63,319 nt of DNA, filler included, from Bigelowiella natans CCMP2755 (GCA_000320545.1; 6 parts of 6 records of this genome joined end to end with filler, not necessarily neighbours in it); one strand, 5' to 3'; shown: positions 1-13,309, counted from the whole stretch's first letter. Notes: generated by a model not told the origin, from the letters alone. Numbers and translations: made by a program.

Positions 1-416
1 AGAGAGAGAGAGAGAGAGAGATAGAGAATTATTATTTTCCAAAATGTCCATGTAAGGAGGGAAAGAGGGAAAATAAAAAGCGAACCAAAGTCGGTCCTGC
101 TGCAACAGATGGGTTATAGTCTGCCCTAGATACATCCTCTCGAAACACTCTTCTCACCCGCACATTTGTTCTTCGATTTGCTTCAAGAAAAAACCTTTCC
201 CTCCCCTTTCCCCCTGTGAAGAAAGAGTATGTATTGAAGGGAATATCGTCTTTAGAGGCTTAATAGTTCTTATAGAGTGAATCGCTCGCATTGATTATTA
301 GCTCCCAAATAAAATGGCTGTTTCGCCCTCCCCCCCCACCCGCGCCCGTTCTCGTCGTTTGTGGCTTTGCTTGTGTGTATTTTCTAACCCGATGATTGTC
401 GTTACTTAGCTATTCA

Positions 417-575
417 ATGAGTCTTGGCACAAAGACATCTTCCTTCCTGCCCTATGTTGAGGTCTGCCTGACCTGTGTACATCGTGGGGGTTGGCGATGA
501 TGGCGACATGAAAAACGATGCATATGAAGGCCATCTCTACCTTTATTATTTTCTGTGCCTTCTCTCTTGCTCAGT

Positions 576-617
<42 letters not shown>

Positions 618-852
618 CTCTCTTTTTCTTTCTCCTCGTACACACACTCACTAGGTGATTAGCGGCCCGATCTTGCTCACAGCACCCCACGGACTCAAAA
701 TGTGCGCTCCACGCCGGAAACATCTACGAGAAAAGTCGGAGTTCGCGTCGCGCTGCACGTGGAAGGGAGGGGGGCAGCATGCCTGTGTGTCCGAGACAGA
801 AGGCCAAGGAAGAGAGAGAGGGATGTTTTGTCGTTTCTCCTTTTTGACGATG

Positions 853-896
<44 letters not shown>

Positions 897-1512
897 GATA
901 GAAGAGAGAAGGGTGGAGGAGGGGAGAGGAGCAGGTAGCAGAAGTCCCTTGCCCCCCCACCTCCCCACAAACACACTGAGAAGACAAACAAGCGCAAAAA
1001 CACGTGTTATTGATTTCAGATTTGTCTCTGAGGTGGTGCTAAAGATGGCCAAAATGATGAAGAAGCATATCGGTAATGGAGGGGGGAAAGCTGAAGGGAG
1101 GATAGTCAGGAAAGCATGCAAAAAAAGAGAGAAAGCATTAATTTCATTTATCTTCTGCCTGAGTTGAAGATGCAGGAGGTGTTCTCTATTTCATTCTCCT
1201 CCATCTCCTCCCTTGCTGCCCCCCCTCAGGTGTGGAAGCCTCCTTCATGGTGTGGAACTACAAAACTGCGCGAAAGGTGGAGGGGAGTTTGGGTTTCGGT
1301 TGGAAATAAATAGCCAAAATGTGAATGGGAGAGGGGGAAAATTGCTTGGAACTCTCTCGAGCATTTGTTCTCTTTCATCCTTTCTCAATATACGTTCCTT
1401 GATATGAATCTACGATGTCTTCTGTCGCAAAAAACAGTCAGATCCACGGAATCTAGACCCCAACTACCTGCGCGAGTGTGAATGGAAGGAGAGGTATAAA
1501 CATTAGTGCAAG

Positions 1513-1552
<40 letters not shown>

Positions 1553-4540
1553 GTATGTGTGTGAGTTCTCATGTGCGTTTTCTGCACTACTTCCACCCCC
1601 CCCACCCCCCCTCCTTTGCCTTCGACACTGGCAGCCCATGGCACGCCACTTTGCTGAAATTCAAAGCCAAATTCAAGGATAGGGGCATTCCGTGGTCAGT
1701 AAGAAGCTTTTGTAGCTTATAATAAACATAGAACTTCACAGAGAGCGACAACAACCTTAACAAAATAACACAACTGCATTGACCCACACTCCGCCCCTGG
1801 TGACAGCTTCCATATCGATTTCCATGGGAAGAGAGACCGGAAGAAGGTGGGTACAATCGAAACCCATTCGTGTTTTCTGGCGTTGTCCGCAGCCTTCCGT
1901 TCGGCGTCTGTGCGCAGAACGAATTAACCCCAGGTCTCCTCGCCCCCCTTTCTGATTATCCAGTCAAAAAAACACCGGATCGATATCGGAATGGAGCCTT
2001 TCGTGCAGCATCCCGAGCCGGTTAGTAACATCAGTAACGGTTTGTCACATAATCTGTTGAGTCGTCATCAGGAGATTTTCGATCTCCCTCCCCCCGCTCA
2101 CGCCCTCCCTCCCATACTTTCTTCCTAGCTAATGATGTTCTCGCTAGGTGGGATGGAGCGAGGAAGAGGTAGAGGGGCTCAGAGCTACGGGTTCGTGTTA
2201 AGATATTCCTTTAGGTGCTGTTGTAATGTTATGTGAAAGCTTTGCCTATCTGTACGTCTTTTCGCCCCACATCTCGCAGTGAAGAAGGCGATGGACGAGA
2301 ATCTCAAGACCGTCGTGTGCCGTGGCAAAAGGGTGGAGGCTGACGACGGTATGTAACGGCCTGCGTTTGCGTGTGTGCTATGGCCAGTAATACTGCTCCC
2401 ACAATTGAAAAGATCCCTACTTGCACGGGTGGTGGGGGGACGACGAAGAAACAACGCTGACACACCAAGCAGTTCTGAAAGGTTCATAAAGAAGAGGAGA
2501 GTGCGCTAAGTTTTAAATTAGCTGTTGTTCCATTCTGCTTTCTTATCCATAATAAACGCGCTATTTTCCGTCCCCCGTCCCTCCCCCCCCCCCGTTCCTC
2601 AATAGGAATCCCCTCGCTTCAGCTCGAAAACCCTCGGAGCTTCCGGAAGGTGGGTACATGTCGGTTTCTCAATCGCTATCGAACGAAGAGGATGTTGTTG
2701 GAAAAACATACATGCATACACGTGCGTGCATGCGTGCGTGCAGCCAAAACCACTCTCTTAAAGACCTTCCCAGACTGATTCATACCCCGTCCTACCCACC
2801 ACCAAGATGCTCAACGAGAACGACGACGTGCTGGAGAAATACGTTGCTGCGCTGGCAGAGGTGGGACGCAGCATAACAAACGATGCTCCTCCTAACGAAG
2901 GGCACAAATGTCCATTCCTCACTAACACGTGTCGCTTCAAACGACGTCAGGGCTACAAGAAGGCCATCTCCATCGAGACTTCTCACGGAGTAGTGCCAAA
3001 ACAGACCAGCGCCGACTCTTCTGTCAGGTTGGAAGCAAAAGAGGAAATGACGAAGCCTGAGGCGAAAAGCGCGGGTTCTCTCAAGGCCATCACCCCTTCG
3101 AGCGTTCCGAGCAGAGGAAGTGAATGTATTAATCATGCATGAATCATTTTCCTCCATCCGCCGGCTCCCTCTCGCCACCCCTCTCAATAACTAGCTTTTA
3201 TTAGCTGTACACCGTGCAAACGATCTTAATCTTCTCCTACTACGCTTCCTAATCTTATCTGCCCTGTACTTTGTGACGTCGCCTGCAGCATCGAATCAAA
3301 GGGCCTTCTTCGTATACGGCTCTCTGCGCCCCGACGACGTGTAATTGATGCGATATGAGGGGAGATGAAGGAGGGGAGGGGCATTTCAGAATCATTAAAA
3401 CAAGCAATGTTGTAGATTTCACAATACGTTTAATGCGAGTTTATCTTCGTCGCATCTTTGAAGAGGCTCCCATCATCGGTATGATGATTATTTTTGTGAT
3501 TGTTGTCGGTCCTTTTTTCTAAGATCCGGAATGCCGTGGCGGGAGGACTGGCTTGAGGGCTCAATTTCACAGCAAAAGGTAATTGAGCTGCTGTGTTCGT
3601 CATCATTCTTTCATCACTCCAGCTACTGCAGCATAGATTAAATACTTTCCCCTTCTGTCCTTCTCCCTCCCTCCCTCCAGGCAACGATCCGGGGAAGGAT
3701 GTACGATGACGAGTATGCGTGCGTCGTCCTCAGTGGTATATCGCCTCACACTTAGATAGTCCTCTTCCTGGCTTCGACGTTTCCCCCTCTACTCTTCTTA
3801 CGTCCTCCTGGCTTCTGCGCTGTCGTTTCTTGACTGTCACAGTCACCATATCCCGGTATAGCTGATGCTTTGAATTATCACCATCATCATCTATCTGCAG
3901 CTGCCTCTTCGGTAGTTCCTTCCAAGAATACGGTCCGAGGATATATCGTCACATACCCGAGTGACATCTACAGGATGAAGCTGAAGGACGCAGGTACCGC
4001 CGGGTTGTAGCAATCGGCGTATGGCGATGACCTTTGAATGCGACTCTAGAGTGATGAGTTCTACTCCTTAAATTCTTCTTCTTCTTCTTCTTTTTCCTGC
4101 TTCGGCTTCTCTTTCTCTTGCCCCCCCCTCCCTCCGTTTCTCTCTTTTACACGGAAATGATGCATTTCCGCCGCCTATTTGGCAGATGAGATCGAGGGGT
4201 GCCCTGACTTATACGAGAGGGAGAAAACCACGGCAACGCTTGAGAGTGGCGACAAATTGGTAACAGCTACAGCCTCTCATAAGACGTCGTTCGTGTTGTT
4301 AGTCGTAGATATAGATTAGCGGGTGCCCGTTGGCGCTGTGGTTATTCTCTGATATGCCCCCATGATCTCTCTTTCTTCTTGCAGGAGTGCTGGGTGTATA
4401 CGAGGTCCACGTGTTCCAAGCGAAAGCAAGTCGCATCAGGAGATTGGGTTGTAGCGAGCAGCAAATGGCAGCAGCACAGCAACGGCCGCATAGCAATCAC
4501 AGAGAATTGGTCGTCAAAGGAGGAATTCAAAGAGGCATGA
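417..4540 (+). CDS. ~20-exon fusion: N-formylglutamate amidohydrolase / poly-gamma-glutamate hydrolase-like Zn-hydrolase + C-terminal gamma-glutamylcyclotransferase (GGCT/AIG2-like) domain
   Basis: Hand-spliced GT-AG exons join in phase: MSLGTKTSSFLPYVE|VISGPILLTAPHGLKMCAPRRKHLREK|FVSEVVLKMAKMMKKHIG|VEASFMVWNYKTARK|SDPRNLDPNYLRECEWKES|PWHATLLKFKAKFKDRGIPC|FHIDFHGKRDRKK|SKKHRIDIGMEPF...GIPSLQLENPRSFRK (APHG / E / DFHG / QLE pattern). Then SNQRAFFVYGSLRPDD...TVRGYIV...KLKDADEIEGCPDLYEREK...ECWVYTR...VASGDW (GGCT motifs). TGA at 4538-4540. Extra 5' exons or 3' exons to ~5277 are possible. Confidence 0.8.
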
Positions 4541-5329
4541 TAGTTATCGAGGCCTTCGATGAGAATTCTTTGCTCTTGCGTTGCGACCCTTTCTAGAGCG
4601 ATAAAACATCGGAGCTGTTCCTAATTCTCCCTATCTTAGAAACCGTTTGGTGTTGACTAATGTGGGTACTTGCTTCCTCCAGGTAGCGTACCAAATCGCA
4701 ACGGACAAGGCAGTCGCCAAAGTGAATGAGTTTAAGGAGGATGGTTAGTAGTAGTAGTAGTAGTAGCAGTAATCGTCTTCGTCGTCGTCGCCGTCGTTGT
4801 CGTCCTAGTAGCATCGCCTCTCCCCATACAAATCTTGAGAGATAGCATTTGTTATCTTTCTCTCCATTCATTCATTGCGTGGGCCATCGCTTTGCAATGA
4901 TAGCATCAATGCTCCTCTCGCTCTCGATCGTGCATAATAGTCACGCTCGTTTTCAATGTGAGAGAAATGTCGAATATTTCTGTTGTTATTCCTTCGGGCT
5001 ATGTTCATTGACCATTCCCCCCCCCCCCCTTCGCTGATACACAGGATTCCAGGTGTACGAGGGTCAGAAAAATTCAAAAGGTATTCTTCGTATTTTCTTT
5101 GCTTTCTCCATGTCACCATTTTTTATCAGAACGACTACTGCATTGCCTTCTCTGTGCTCTCATCATTCCGTGCGAACAGGCATCCCAGCGTTCAAAGGCA
5201 GACTGAGTGCGATGATTGACGAAATGGTGCTCGACGCGACCCTACTTGATCGCTTTGAGGTAGATAGACAAGTGTAAGGGCGCGAGATAGAATGCCGCTG
5301 CTATACATCGACCATCGACATGGAGAGCA

Positions 5330-6290
5330 AGAAGACAACATAGCCATACGAGCATGCATTCGTGAAATATGGATGTTATGCGTGCTGAATGCAATGCGCA
5401 TGCATGTGTGTGTCACTGCTCGCTTTGCCAATAAAACTAGATGTTTTTTATCATGGACACGACGCTAAATCTGTCAATTTACACTTCGGTAAATATTTGT
5501 GCGAAGCGAAGCTACCAAACGCGCACAAACTTTTGCAATGTGCACATCGGAACCTATCAAGCGTCTCGGCATCACGCTATGGCCATGACAAAATGTTGCT
5601 CTTGCCAACCATCGTCGTAACTGACAACATAACTGTCGTATGACTGACGCGATAAATCCCGTGAATGCAATGATTGACGAAACAAGTTATTGATATCCTT
5701 TGTATTGTGGCACTTGGATGCTAGAATGCTGTCAACATGGCTATCTTGGTGCAGTTATTTAGCTATTAACAGATAGATCATGCCAACGCGCCATTGCATT
5801 GCTAGATTGGCTCGTCCACATCTTCCTGTATGCGCTAGTGGCTAGCGCACATTCTTCATGAGGTCGTCGTATCGTAGCTGCATGTGTACGACACGAGCAC
5901 GGCGTTTCCATTCATAAACGAGCCTCTAGGTAGTGCTGTTGCGTACTTGGGCAACGCTGCATGTTGTTATCCATCGATGCAAGATTGCGACACGTACGAT
6001 ACGCTGTAGTTTAACCAGATCGGCAAACATGTATGCTAGTATGGCACTTTGATGATGCCACATATAATCTTGAGCTAGGCAGTAGATGAGTCCATGTCAC
6101 CATGTCATGGATTCATCGCAGCGCTTCGTCTAGCATGTGAACATGTGCAGCTGTGCTTCATGTCCAGCATGCACGTGTTACACGGCACAATGACGCATCG
6201 CATGCACCAGAAGCGACATTCTGTACTATTCATAAGTAAGAGTTAACAAATATGGAAAATGCAGCACCTCGATCGAGTAGCTACATGAAG
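5330..6290. other. CTAG/CATG/TGCA-rich, TpA-skewed intergenic block between convergent gene 3' ends
   Basis: Repeated GCATGC, CATG, GCTAG, TGCA words with no credible exon, between the + hydrolase-GGCT gene and the - PWWP-BTB gene. Confidence 0.55.
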
Positions 6291-6302
6291 TTAGTTACTG
6301 CT

Positions 6303-7547
6303 CTATGCACCACCTCTGTCAGTCTTTCTAGCTTTTCTTGCTCTTTTGTTGTGCAAGCTCGCAGAAATCTCGGTCCACAGCTCCGGGTCAGCATGTGAAA
6401 GTTCCAATATTTGCTTCATGAAATCTTTATCGGTTAGAAAATCTAGGGAGTTGAGACGAATGAAGTTGAGACATTCATCCCTTAGCATTTTAGCTTTATG
6501 TTGGAAAGCAATCTTTGTGAAGTGAAGCACGTTTTCCCTGCTGACGGTTTTGGCTGCGCCGGCTTCCCCGACCTTGATTAGAGCTGGAAAGCCATATTTC
6601 AATCCCATCTCAAACAGCTCCTTTTGATCCATGTTGAGCAGCGGTAGACTGATTTCCCCAGTGTAAACGAAGCGCAGCAGTCCCTTCACGATAGCTTCGG
6701 GTTTGCAGATGTCAACGACCTTCTTTTTTTCCTTCGCCTCTCCATTTGTGGAGTCCTCAGCTACCGCTTGCTCCCGTAGCAGCTTTCGGAAATACTCGCT
6801 CGATCCAGCGAGCACGCAACAGTGTGCGGGAACGAGCCCTTTCGAGTCCGAGCATCGGAAAAAAACATCGCTAAATTCAGACGAGAAGAGCAAGCCTTCC
6901 CACACAGCAAAGGTGGACTGTGGAACCTTAGTCTGTTTAGCACCTGTAAGAGATTCTATCTGAATGGCCATGCTACTACTGCGTCTTTTGTGTGATTGGG
7001 AGCTTGGTTTTGCCGGCTTCCTCGGGATGACTATTTCTCTACCAGCCTTTTTGAGGTAGGCCTCCGCTTGTCGTACACCTTGTATTATTCCCAGGTCCTT
7101 ACTTTTCCTCGAAATCCAAGCTCGTCTGTGATTCCTGAGTGTCGTGGCCGGGAAAAAAAAAAGTGAGTTGGTCTAGGTTTTTCCATGTGATTTGTCAGCA
7201 TATAACATACCATGCTCTAATGTGCTTTGGTTTGAGCCAAGCGTAGCTCATGTCCTCGTCAAAGAATTGAACCTGCGCAATAAATTGAGAAATTTAAGGA
7301 AAGACTGTCGATGTTTACTCAACCAAAAAGAGTACCAGCCTGCAGGATTTATCCTCCGGTTTGTTGGTATGATAATGTTCGGCCGATTGAAACTCGGGGG
7401 GGTCTACGACGGCGGGCCACCTGAATGAATCAATCAGCATTTGTGGGCACAGATTACATCTATGCATATAGCTGACTACCAGGGATATTCGCCGAATTTC
7501 CCCCACACCACGGCTCCAGCATGAAGTCCAGGCTTCTGGGGTGGCAT
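6303..7547 (-). CDS. PWWP domain + BTB/POZ domain protein (348 aa, 4 exons)
   Basis: Exons 7547-7480, 7420-7336, 7272-7211 and 7134-6303 splice in frame (1047 nt): MPPQKPGLHAGAVVWGKFGEYPWWPAVVDPPEF...CRLVQFFDEDMSYAWLKPKHIRAW...IIQGVRQAEAYL (PWWP). Then FSDVFFRC...VPAHCCVLAGSSEYFRKLL...LLRFVYTGEI (BTB), a BACK-like helical part, and a basic C-terminus KRARKARK. Confidence 0.9.
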
Positions 7548-8013
7548 GGCCAAGAGGGCACGTTCCGAAATATCGGCCCGAGTACGTTCGAAAATCTTAA
7601 ATTTATGAGCAAAAGTTCATGTCGCAGACCATAAATTACATCGATTTACCATAAAAGATAGCATCGAATACATTTTTATCAGTGCGCCAATGGGATCAAT
7701 TTCCATAGGATTTCGACCCCGTTCGCGAATGAATCGCGCGAAATGTGCTGTAAGACTGCACAAAGGAACCATGCGTGGGTTTCGATCTTCTGCGACATGC
7801 CAAAAGTGTACGAAATAGAACGAATTGTTCTGCGTTTCCCGATTCCTCCTCGCATGGTTGCTTCACGGACCTGACGCAACCTGCTTAGAAAGAGACTAAT
7901 AAGGGGCGATGCCGTTAAATTACAGTATTATATGCGAAATATTCCATGTCGCTCCTTATAAATACCATATGTTTGACGCATAGGCTTCCAGCAAGATTTT
8001 CAGCAAAATCGCA
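7548..8013. promoter_or_regulatory. Short divergent (bidirectional) promoter region between PWWP-BTB and pinin
   Basis: Start codons at 7547 (-) and 8014 (+) are 466 nt apart, head to head. No CTAG-rich block here. Confidence 0.5.
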
Positions 8014-9726
8014 ATGGCGACCGACTCCCGTGACGAGGAAGACGAGCGGATCGAGGCGCGCAGGGATGATGACCAGGAAGGGAAAGGGACTGTCGATTCA
8101 AAGAAGGAGTATAGTATGGATACCATCGAGAGCATAGCGAAAAATCGAGAGGATCTCATGAAGGAGATCCAGGAGTTGAGCAATCAGCGGAAGGACATTG
8201 AAACTCGACTGAAGGGCCTGGACAGGGACGTACGCTACAATTCACGACCTTTCCGAGAGCGAAGGGATTGGGACAGCAGGGACCGGAATGGAACTAATGC
8301 TAGAGGTAGTGCGCTGAGCAGTATTGTCCGAATGAACAACAAGCGGCGAAGGGGCGAGGAGGGGGAGGAGGAGGAGCAGGACGACGACCAGACCGACGAA
8401 GAAGATGGAGGCTCCGGGAAACGTCGCAAGCTTTATATCCGAAAGTCCAAATCTGGAGATGGAAGGAGAGGCGATGAGAGGAATAGCGATGAAGAAGACG
8501 GCAACGACGACGGCAGAAATGTGAGATTTGGATTTTGTATTGCGAGATTTCATTTGCTGACATTCTGAAAACTAATAGAAACCATCCGTATCCTCGGCGG
8601 TCGTCTCCTCGCATTCGTCGCGTCGCCGACGCTCTACCCCTCTTAGTGGCGACAAATCTTTACAGAAAAGGGTAATTTCCACACGACGACGAAGTCGTTG
8701 CGAATGAATGACAAATTAGTCATATCATAGCGATGAAAACACCCCCTTTTCCTCGTAGAACCGAAGGATGATGGGGATCCTCATGGGTCACTTGGGTAAG
8801 GCTAGGAAAATCTTTCAAGAGGACAAGCGTAAGCCTCAGGTAGGGATAATAAGACACGTATTATCTGTTTTTACACCTTCCATCACGCCTCTCATTATTC
8901 TTTCACCGTGGGATGCAACGACACATTCAGTACAAGAAGAAGAAAAATATGGAGGAGAAAGTGGAAGCACGTACAGCCGAAGTCCGCATGGAAGTACGAG
9001 AGCATGCGAAGCGCAGAGCGGAGAGGAAAAGGATGAAGGAACTTAAAGTCAGAGAGGATCTCCTGAAGAAGCAGAGGGAGAAGTACAGGCAACTTCTGGT
9101 AGCATCACATATATAATAGCACCATCATTGTCGCCGCTACCGCTGCTGCTGCTGCTGCTTTTTGTGCCTCTACGATTCATACCATCTCCATGTGCTATTT
9201 TGAACAAAACAATTCGTCATTGTGTCCAGTCTGCTGCTCCAGCTGCCACTGCTGTCTCTAACATCAATAAATGTTACAGAAATTGAGATTAGTCGAGCAC
9301 GAGCGACTGCTATCCAATTTTATCAAGACTGAGCAGACACCGAGTGTCTTTTGGATGCCCGCCTCGCACACCGACGAAACTGAGAAGCTGCTCGAAAAGG
9401 CCAAGGAAGTGTGCGAGGAGCAGGTGAAAGGAAAGCTCGGCATCGACTTCGAGGATGAGGAGGACTCCCTTCCTCCGTGGCGCAACTTTGCTGAGAATGC
9501 TGCTGCCGGCGATGATGCGGAGGGAAAAGACGGGAAAATGGGAGACGGAGAGGCAAAAGATGGGGACGGCGACGGTCAGAAGGATGGCGCGAATGCTGAC
9601 TCAAATGGCGACAACGGAAAGAGCACTGCAGACGCTGATGATGGTGATAAGACCTCCGCCAGCAAGCAGGAGAAAGAGGAGGAGGATGACGACGATGACG
9701 AGGGAAGGGCTCGAGGGGACGATTAG
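8014..9726 (+). CDS. PNN: Pinin/SDK/memA homologue (splicing / EJC-associated), ~5 exons
   Basis: N-terminal coiled coil (EDLMKEIQELSNQRKDIETRLKGLDRD), KPSVSSAVVS, KRNRRMMGILMGHLGKARKIFQED, NFIKTEQTPSVFWMPASHTDETEKLLE and an acidic tail match the pinin pattern. Stop TAG at 9724-9726. Confidence 0.85.
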
Positions 9727-9949
9727 GCAAATTAGAGCGATGTAGTCGACGGAGCCGACGATAAATATATTATGTAGCATGGCTACGATGCACGTCGCAT
9801 GCGGGAAAATCATCATACATTTTAGGCGTATTGATTGTGTGATTACTACGTTACGACACACGGACGCTGTAATAACTGCACCCCCGCCCGCCGCGCATGT
9901 TGAACAAATGAACAACGGGCACTGTGAGATCACTATAATCGAGGAATAA

Positions 9950-10500
9950 GAAAGGATGTATGCAGATGCTGACACACAATCAACTCGCTACACGTAGTCC
10001 AATGGGTGTGCCTGTCTGTGCGTTACCAAGTGGAATGACACACTGTGCAATGGGTGCGTCGGCTGCGCGAGATGCTGCCGGTCAGGTAGCCTTGCTAGCT
10101 TGTGCACATCTAGACATATGCGGGGTGATGCGAGACTTATTTGGTTTGGTGTGTACATGCGCATTGCGCCGTACCATGCTAGCATGCACCAGTTGAACAC
10201 TGAGCTGCTATCTGCGTTATTCTATTCTTGCGCATGTACGTAGCTGTTTGATGTTGGCAATGCAAGGTGTGACATAATAATGACCGTGCTGGTATGGCGT
10301 GCTTGCCGCAATGAGCATGCGCCACAGACCACAGCTAGCACAGGTACGCCGCTAGTCTGCATAGGTGTGATAACTGCTGCTCACACACATCTAGACTTTG
10401 GCATGCATCTCACGCAGGCGCTCGGCGCTCGCAGCGGCGCTAGACATCAACCCACATCTAGAAGTGTGACGTGCCCATGACTAGTTGATGCCTGGCTGTT
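9950..10500. other. CTAG/CATG/TGCA-rich, TpA-skewed block between convergent pinin and Arc1-like 3' ends
   Basis: CACATCTAGA occurs three times (~10104, ~10386, ~10454), along with GCTAGC and GCATGC, and CpG is abundant. Confidence 0.65.
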
Positions 10501-10565
10501 CAGTTTCTTACTTGCACATTCAGAATCTAGGGGAAGAAGGCTACCAATGGTATATAACGGCTTGA

Positions 10566-10786
10566 TCATGCGATTGTGCCGTCGGTGATACCAGGGCAGG
10601 TACATGGCCCAGCTGTCGTGCCGAACGCTAGATCCGAGTACAAGGCCATACCTGCTGAGACCTGTCGGTTTGGAGGAGGTGAGGGTGGAAATATGGAAAG
10701 TAGAGAGATTATAGAAGGAATGTTGTGAATAAATTGTGTAGATACACACACACACAGACACACAAATTAAAAAAAATACTATCTAT

Positions 10787-10821
<35 letters not shown>

Positions 10822-13275
10822 ATATGGTGATGTAAGGTATCTGGCTAATGAAGTGATGCAAAGGATTCCTACTTTGTTTTAGCACCTATATAAAAAAACT
10901 ATCAATGCCGTCGAAGTACCTTCAACTTCTTTAAAACGGGGCGCAATCGTTTGTCTTTAAGGACGGGGTCTGCCTCGATACCCTCTGCTCCCTTGAACGC
11001 GACTCGCTCGCCAACCTGGAGGAGGACGTTGAGTTAACTTTGTGCACTTATTCTCCCCCCCCTCTCCCTCTCTCCCTCTCTCCCTCTCTCTCTCTCTCTC
11101 TCACGCACACATACTCACAAACTAAATATTTGAAACGACACTTTTCGCAATCATCCCCATCATCAGCATCAATATCATCATCATCGCATTGAGCCGCGCC
11201 TCTACCTTCGCCTCTGCGGGGACGGCAACGAGCGACTTCTTGGACTTGTCTTCCTTGTCGGTCCCGCACATGATTCGGCCTTATACAAACAAACAAACAA
11301 ACAACGCCACGAAGTCAGGCACCCCCACAGCACATAATCACCATCCTCATATCATCATTATTCATCACCATCATCATCACGTGAACGACACATGCTCGAG
11401 CACACTGCGATGGCAATATCATCCGCAGTAGCACGGGTCCAATCTGCAATGGGGGTGGTGCATGCCAGTGACGCAATCGCAGACGACGATGCGAGACGAC
11501 GACCTTGGCTCTTCTTGCCTCCAAACTCGGCGTCCTCAAGGTTTACGATGAGGATGACTTTCCGGCCCTTCATTTCCTCGATCGCTACGAATCCACCCAG
11601 TCTGCTCACCACCTGCTTCTTTCCTAGCGCCCCCACATTGACTTGACTCACAAATCTGGATGTCAAACAGTCGGAGGGAAGAGGGGGGGGGGGGGAGTAA
11701 AACATCGAGCAGCTGACCGAAATCGGGGAAAACATATAAATATATGATACATACGACGACAGATGTAACAGTGAGAAAGAGTATAAAAGCATAATCGGTT
11801 TTTTTTTTGTCAGTGCTGCCATCGGTTGTTTGCGTTTGGTTCGTGACACGCACAAGGTGTTGTCAGCTTCATTGGGAGCGGCGTCCTCGATGAGCCCTAC
11901 ACGGAAGTCCACCCGCCCTATCTGCTCTCGCACCAGAACAAGCACAGATTTGATTCAAAAACATGCATAATCGTAGCAGATGACGGCCCGGTGGGGGGGG
12001 AGAAACGATTAATGACGATATTGACTACAATGACAGAATGTGTCTTTCTGGCTGTGCTGCTACTGCTTTGGATTGAACGTAGCTTTTGTTGGAAGAGAGG
12101 GGGGGGGGGGGGGGGAGGAAATGATGGATATTTTTTCGCTCCTAGTACGAAAACGCGCGCGAAGAACAGCGTTTGTAGGATAAAGGGAGGAGTTGGCTCA
12201 AAATCATTATCTGAAATGCAACGACACGACGTGTCGCAAGACGAATATCTCATCGGTTTTTCCGTTCGCGCACATTTCAGGGTAGCGAATCGCCGTTTTT
12301 GTATCTATGCATCACCAACCTCTTTTGCAGCCCTAGCCTTGGCTTCAGCCTCCAGTTTGGCCTTTTTCGCTGCCTTCTTAGCAGCCTTTTTCGCGTCTGC
12401 CTCGCTGCCCTTATTCTTCTTCTTCGTCGTTGTTGTTGTCGTTTTTGAGTCGCCGCGGCCAGCTTGCTGTTTTTGGGACTTCTCTTCTTTTCCTCCTTTG
12501 GCCGTTGAAGTCGAGGAGGAGAAGGAGGAGAAGAATGGGGAGGGGGGGCGTGCAATGGGGATGAGAGCCAAGGGTCGAGTCTGTTGAAGAACGTAGAATG
12601 ATGACATCGTTGGTATGTAGTAATTAGATTCACAACCATCCCCACCCCACCAGAGACACCACAGCACAGTCCCAATCCCAATTATTTTTTGGGGGGGGGG
12701 GGGGGGAAGAGGACATCATCACTTGCGTTTTTGATTCACACACACACGAAATAGCGAAAAAGGGACAAGGTTACAAGGATATCGCCCCGGCTCTCACCTT
12801 GGCATCAAAGGCGTCGTGGCGCTGAATGAAGTCAAACCATCTCATCAGTGGAGCGGGGAGCGTGTCGTATGCGCCCTTCTTACCCGAAACCTATGATGCG
12901 TAAGTGAGAAGCATCTTGGTGACCAAGAAAAAGATGACGACGACGATGATGATGATGATGATGATGATGATTCATCGCCACGATATTGCGTGCGTGCATA
13001 AATCCCTTTCATCGTGCAAGCTGTAAGTACCAATGGATGCAGAGCTGCGTAGACGGCCAAATCACCTAGACGCGGACCTGAAGTGCTACCCAAGAAGGTC
13101 GATTTCGCTGTTTCCAACGTAGAAAGAAAGGCACATGGTGATGAGCGTCGATGTTGCGTTGTGCACAATCCCGTTCAGAGCGTACATCATCATTACAAAT
13201 AAATGTTGTCGCTTCGAGCCCAGCTGCGACTCGCATATCTGAGCGGATCGATACTCTGATACAACAAAAACTACG

Positions 13276-13309
<34 letters not shown>

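Noticed and set aside
452-1167. ORFs with RERERE, SLSLSL, HTHTHT, CVCVCV or YIYIYI runs, here and throughout the window
   Set aside because: Translations of intronic dinucleotide microsatellites.
11680-12710. Strand-specific G-runs as a G-quadruplex or splicing code
   Set aside because: Both G-runs and C-runs occur on the same strand within minus-strand genes elsewhere (e.g. C-runs at ~23533, 26673, 54361), so there is no consistent asymmetry.
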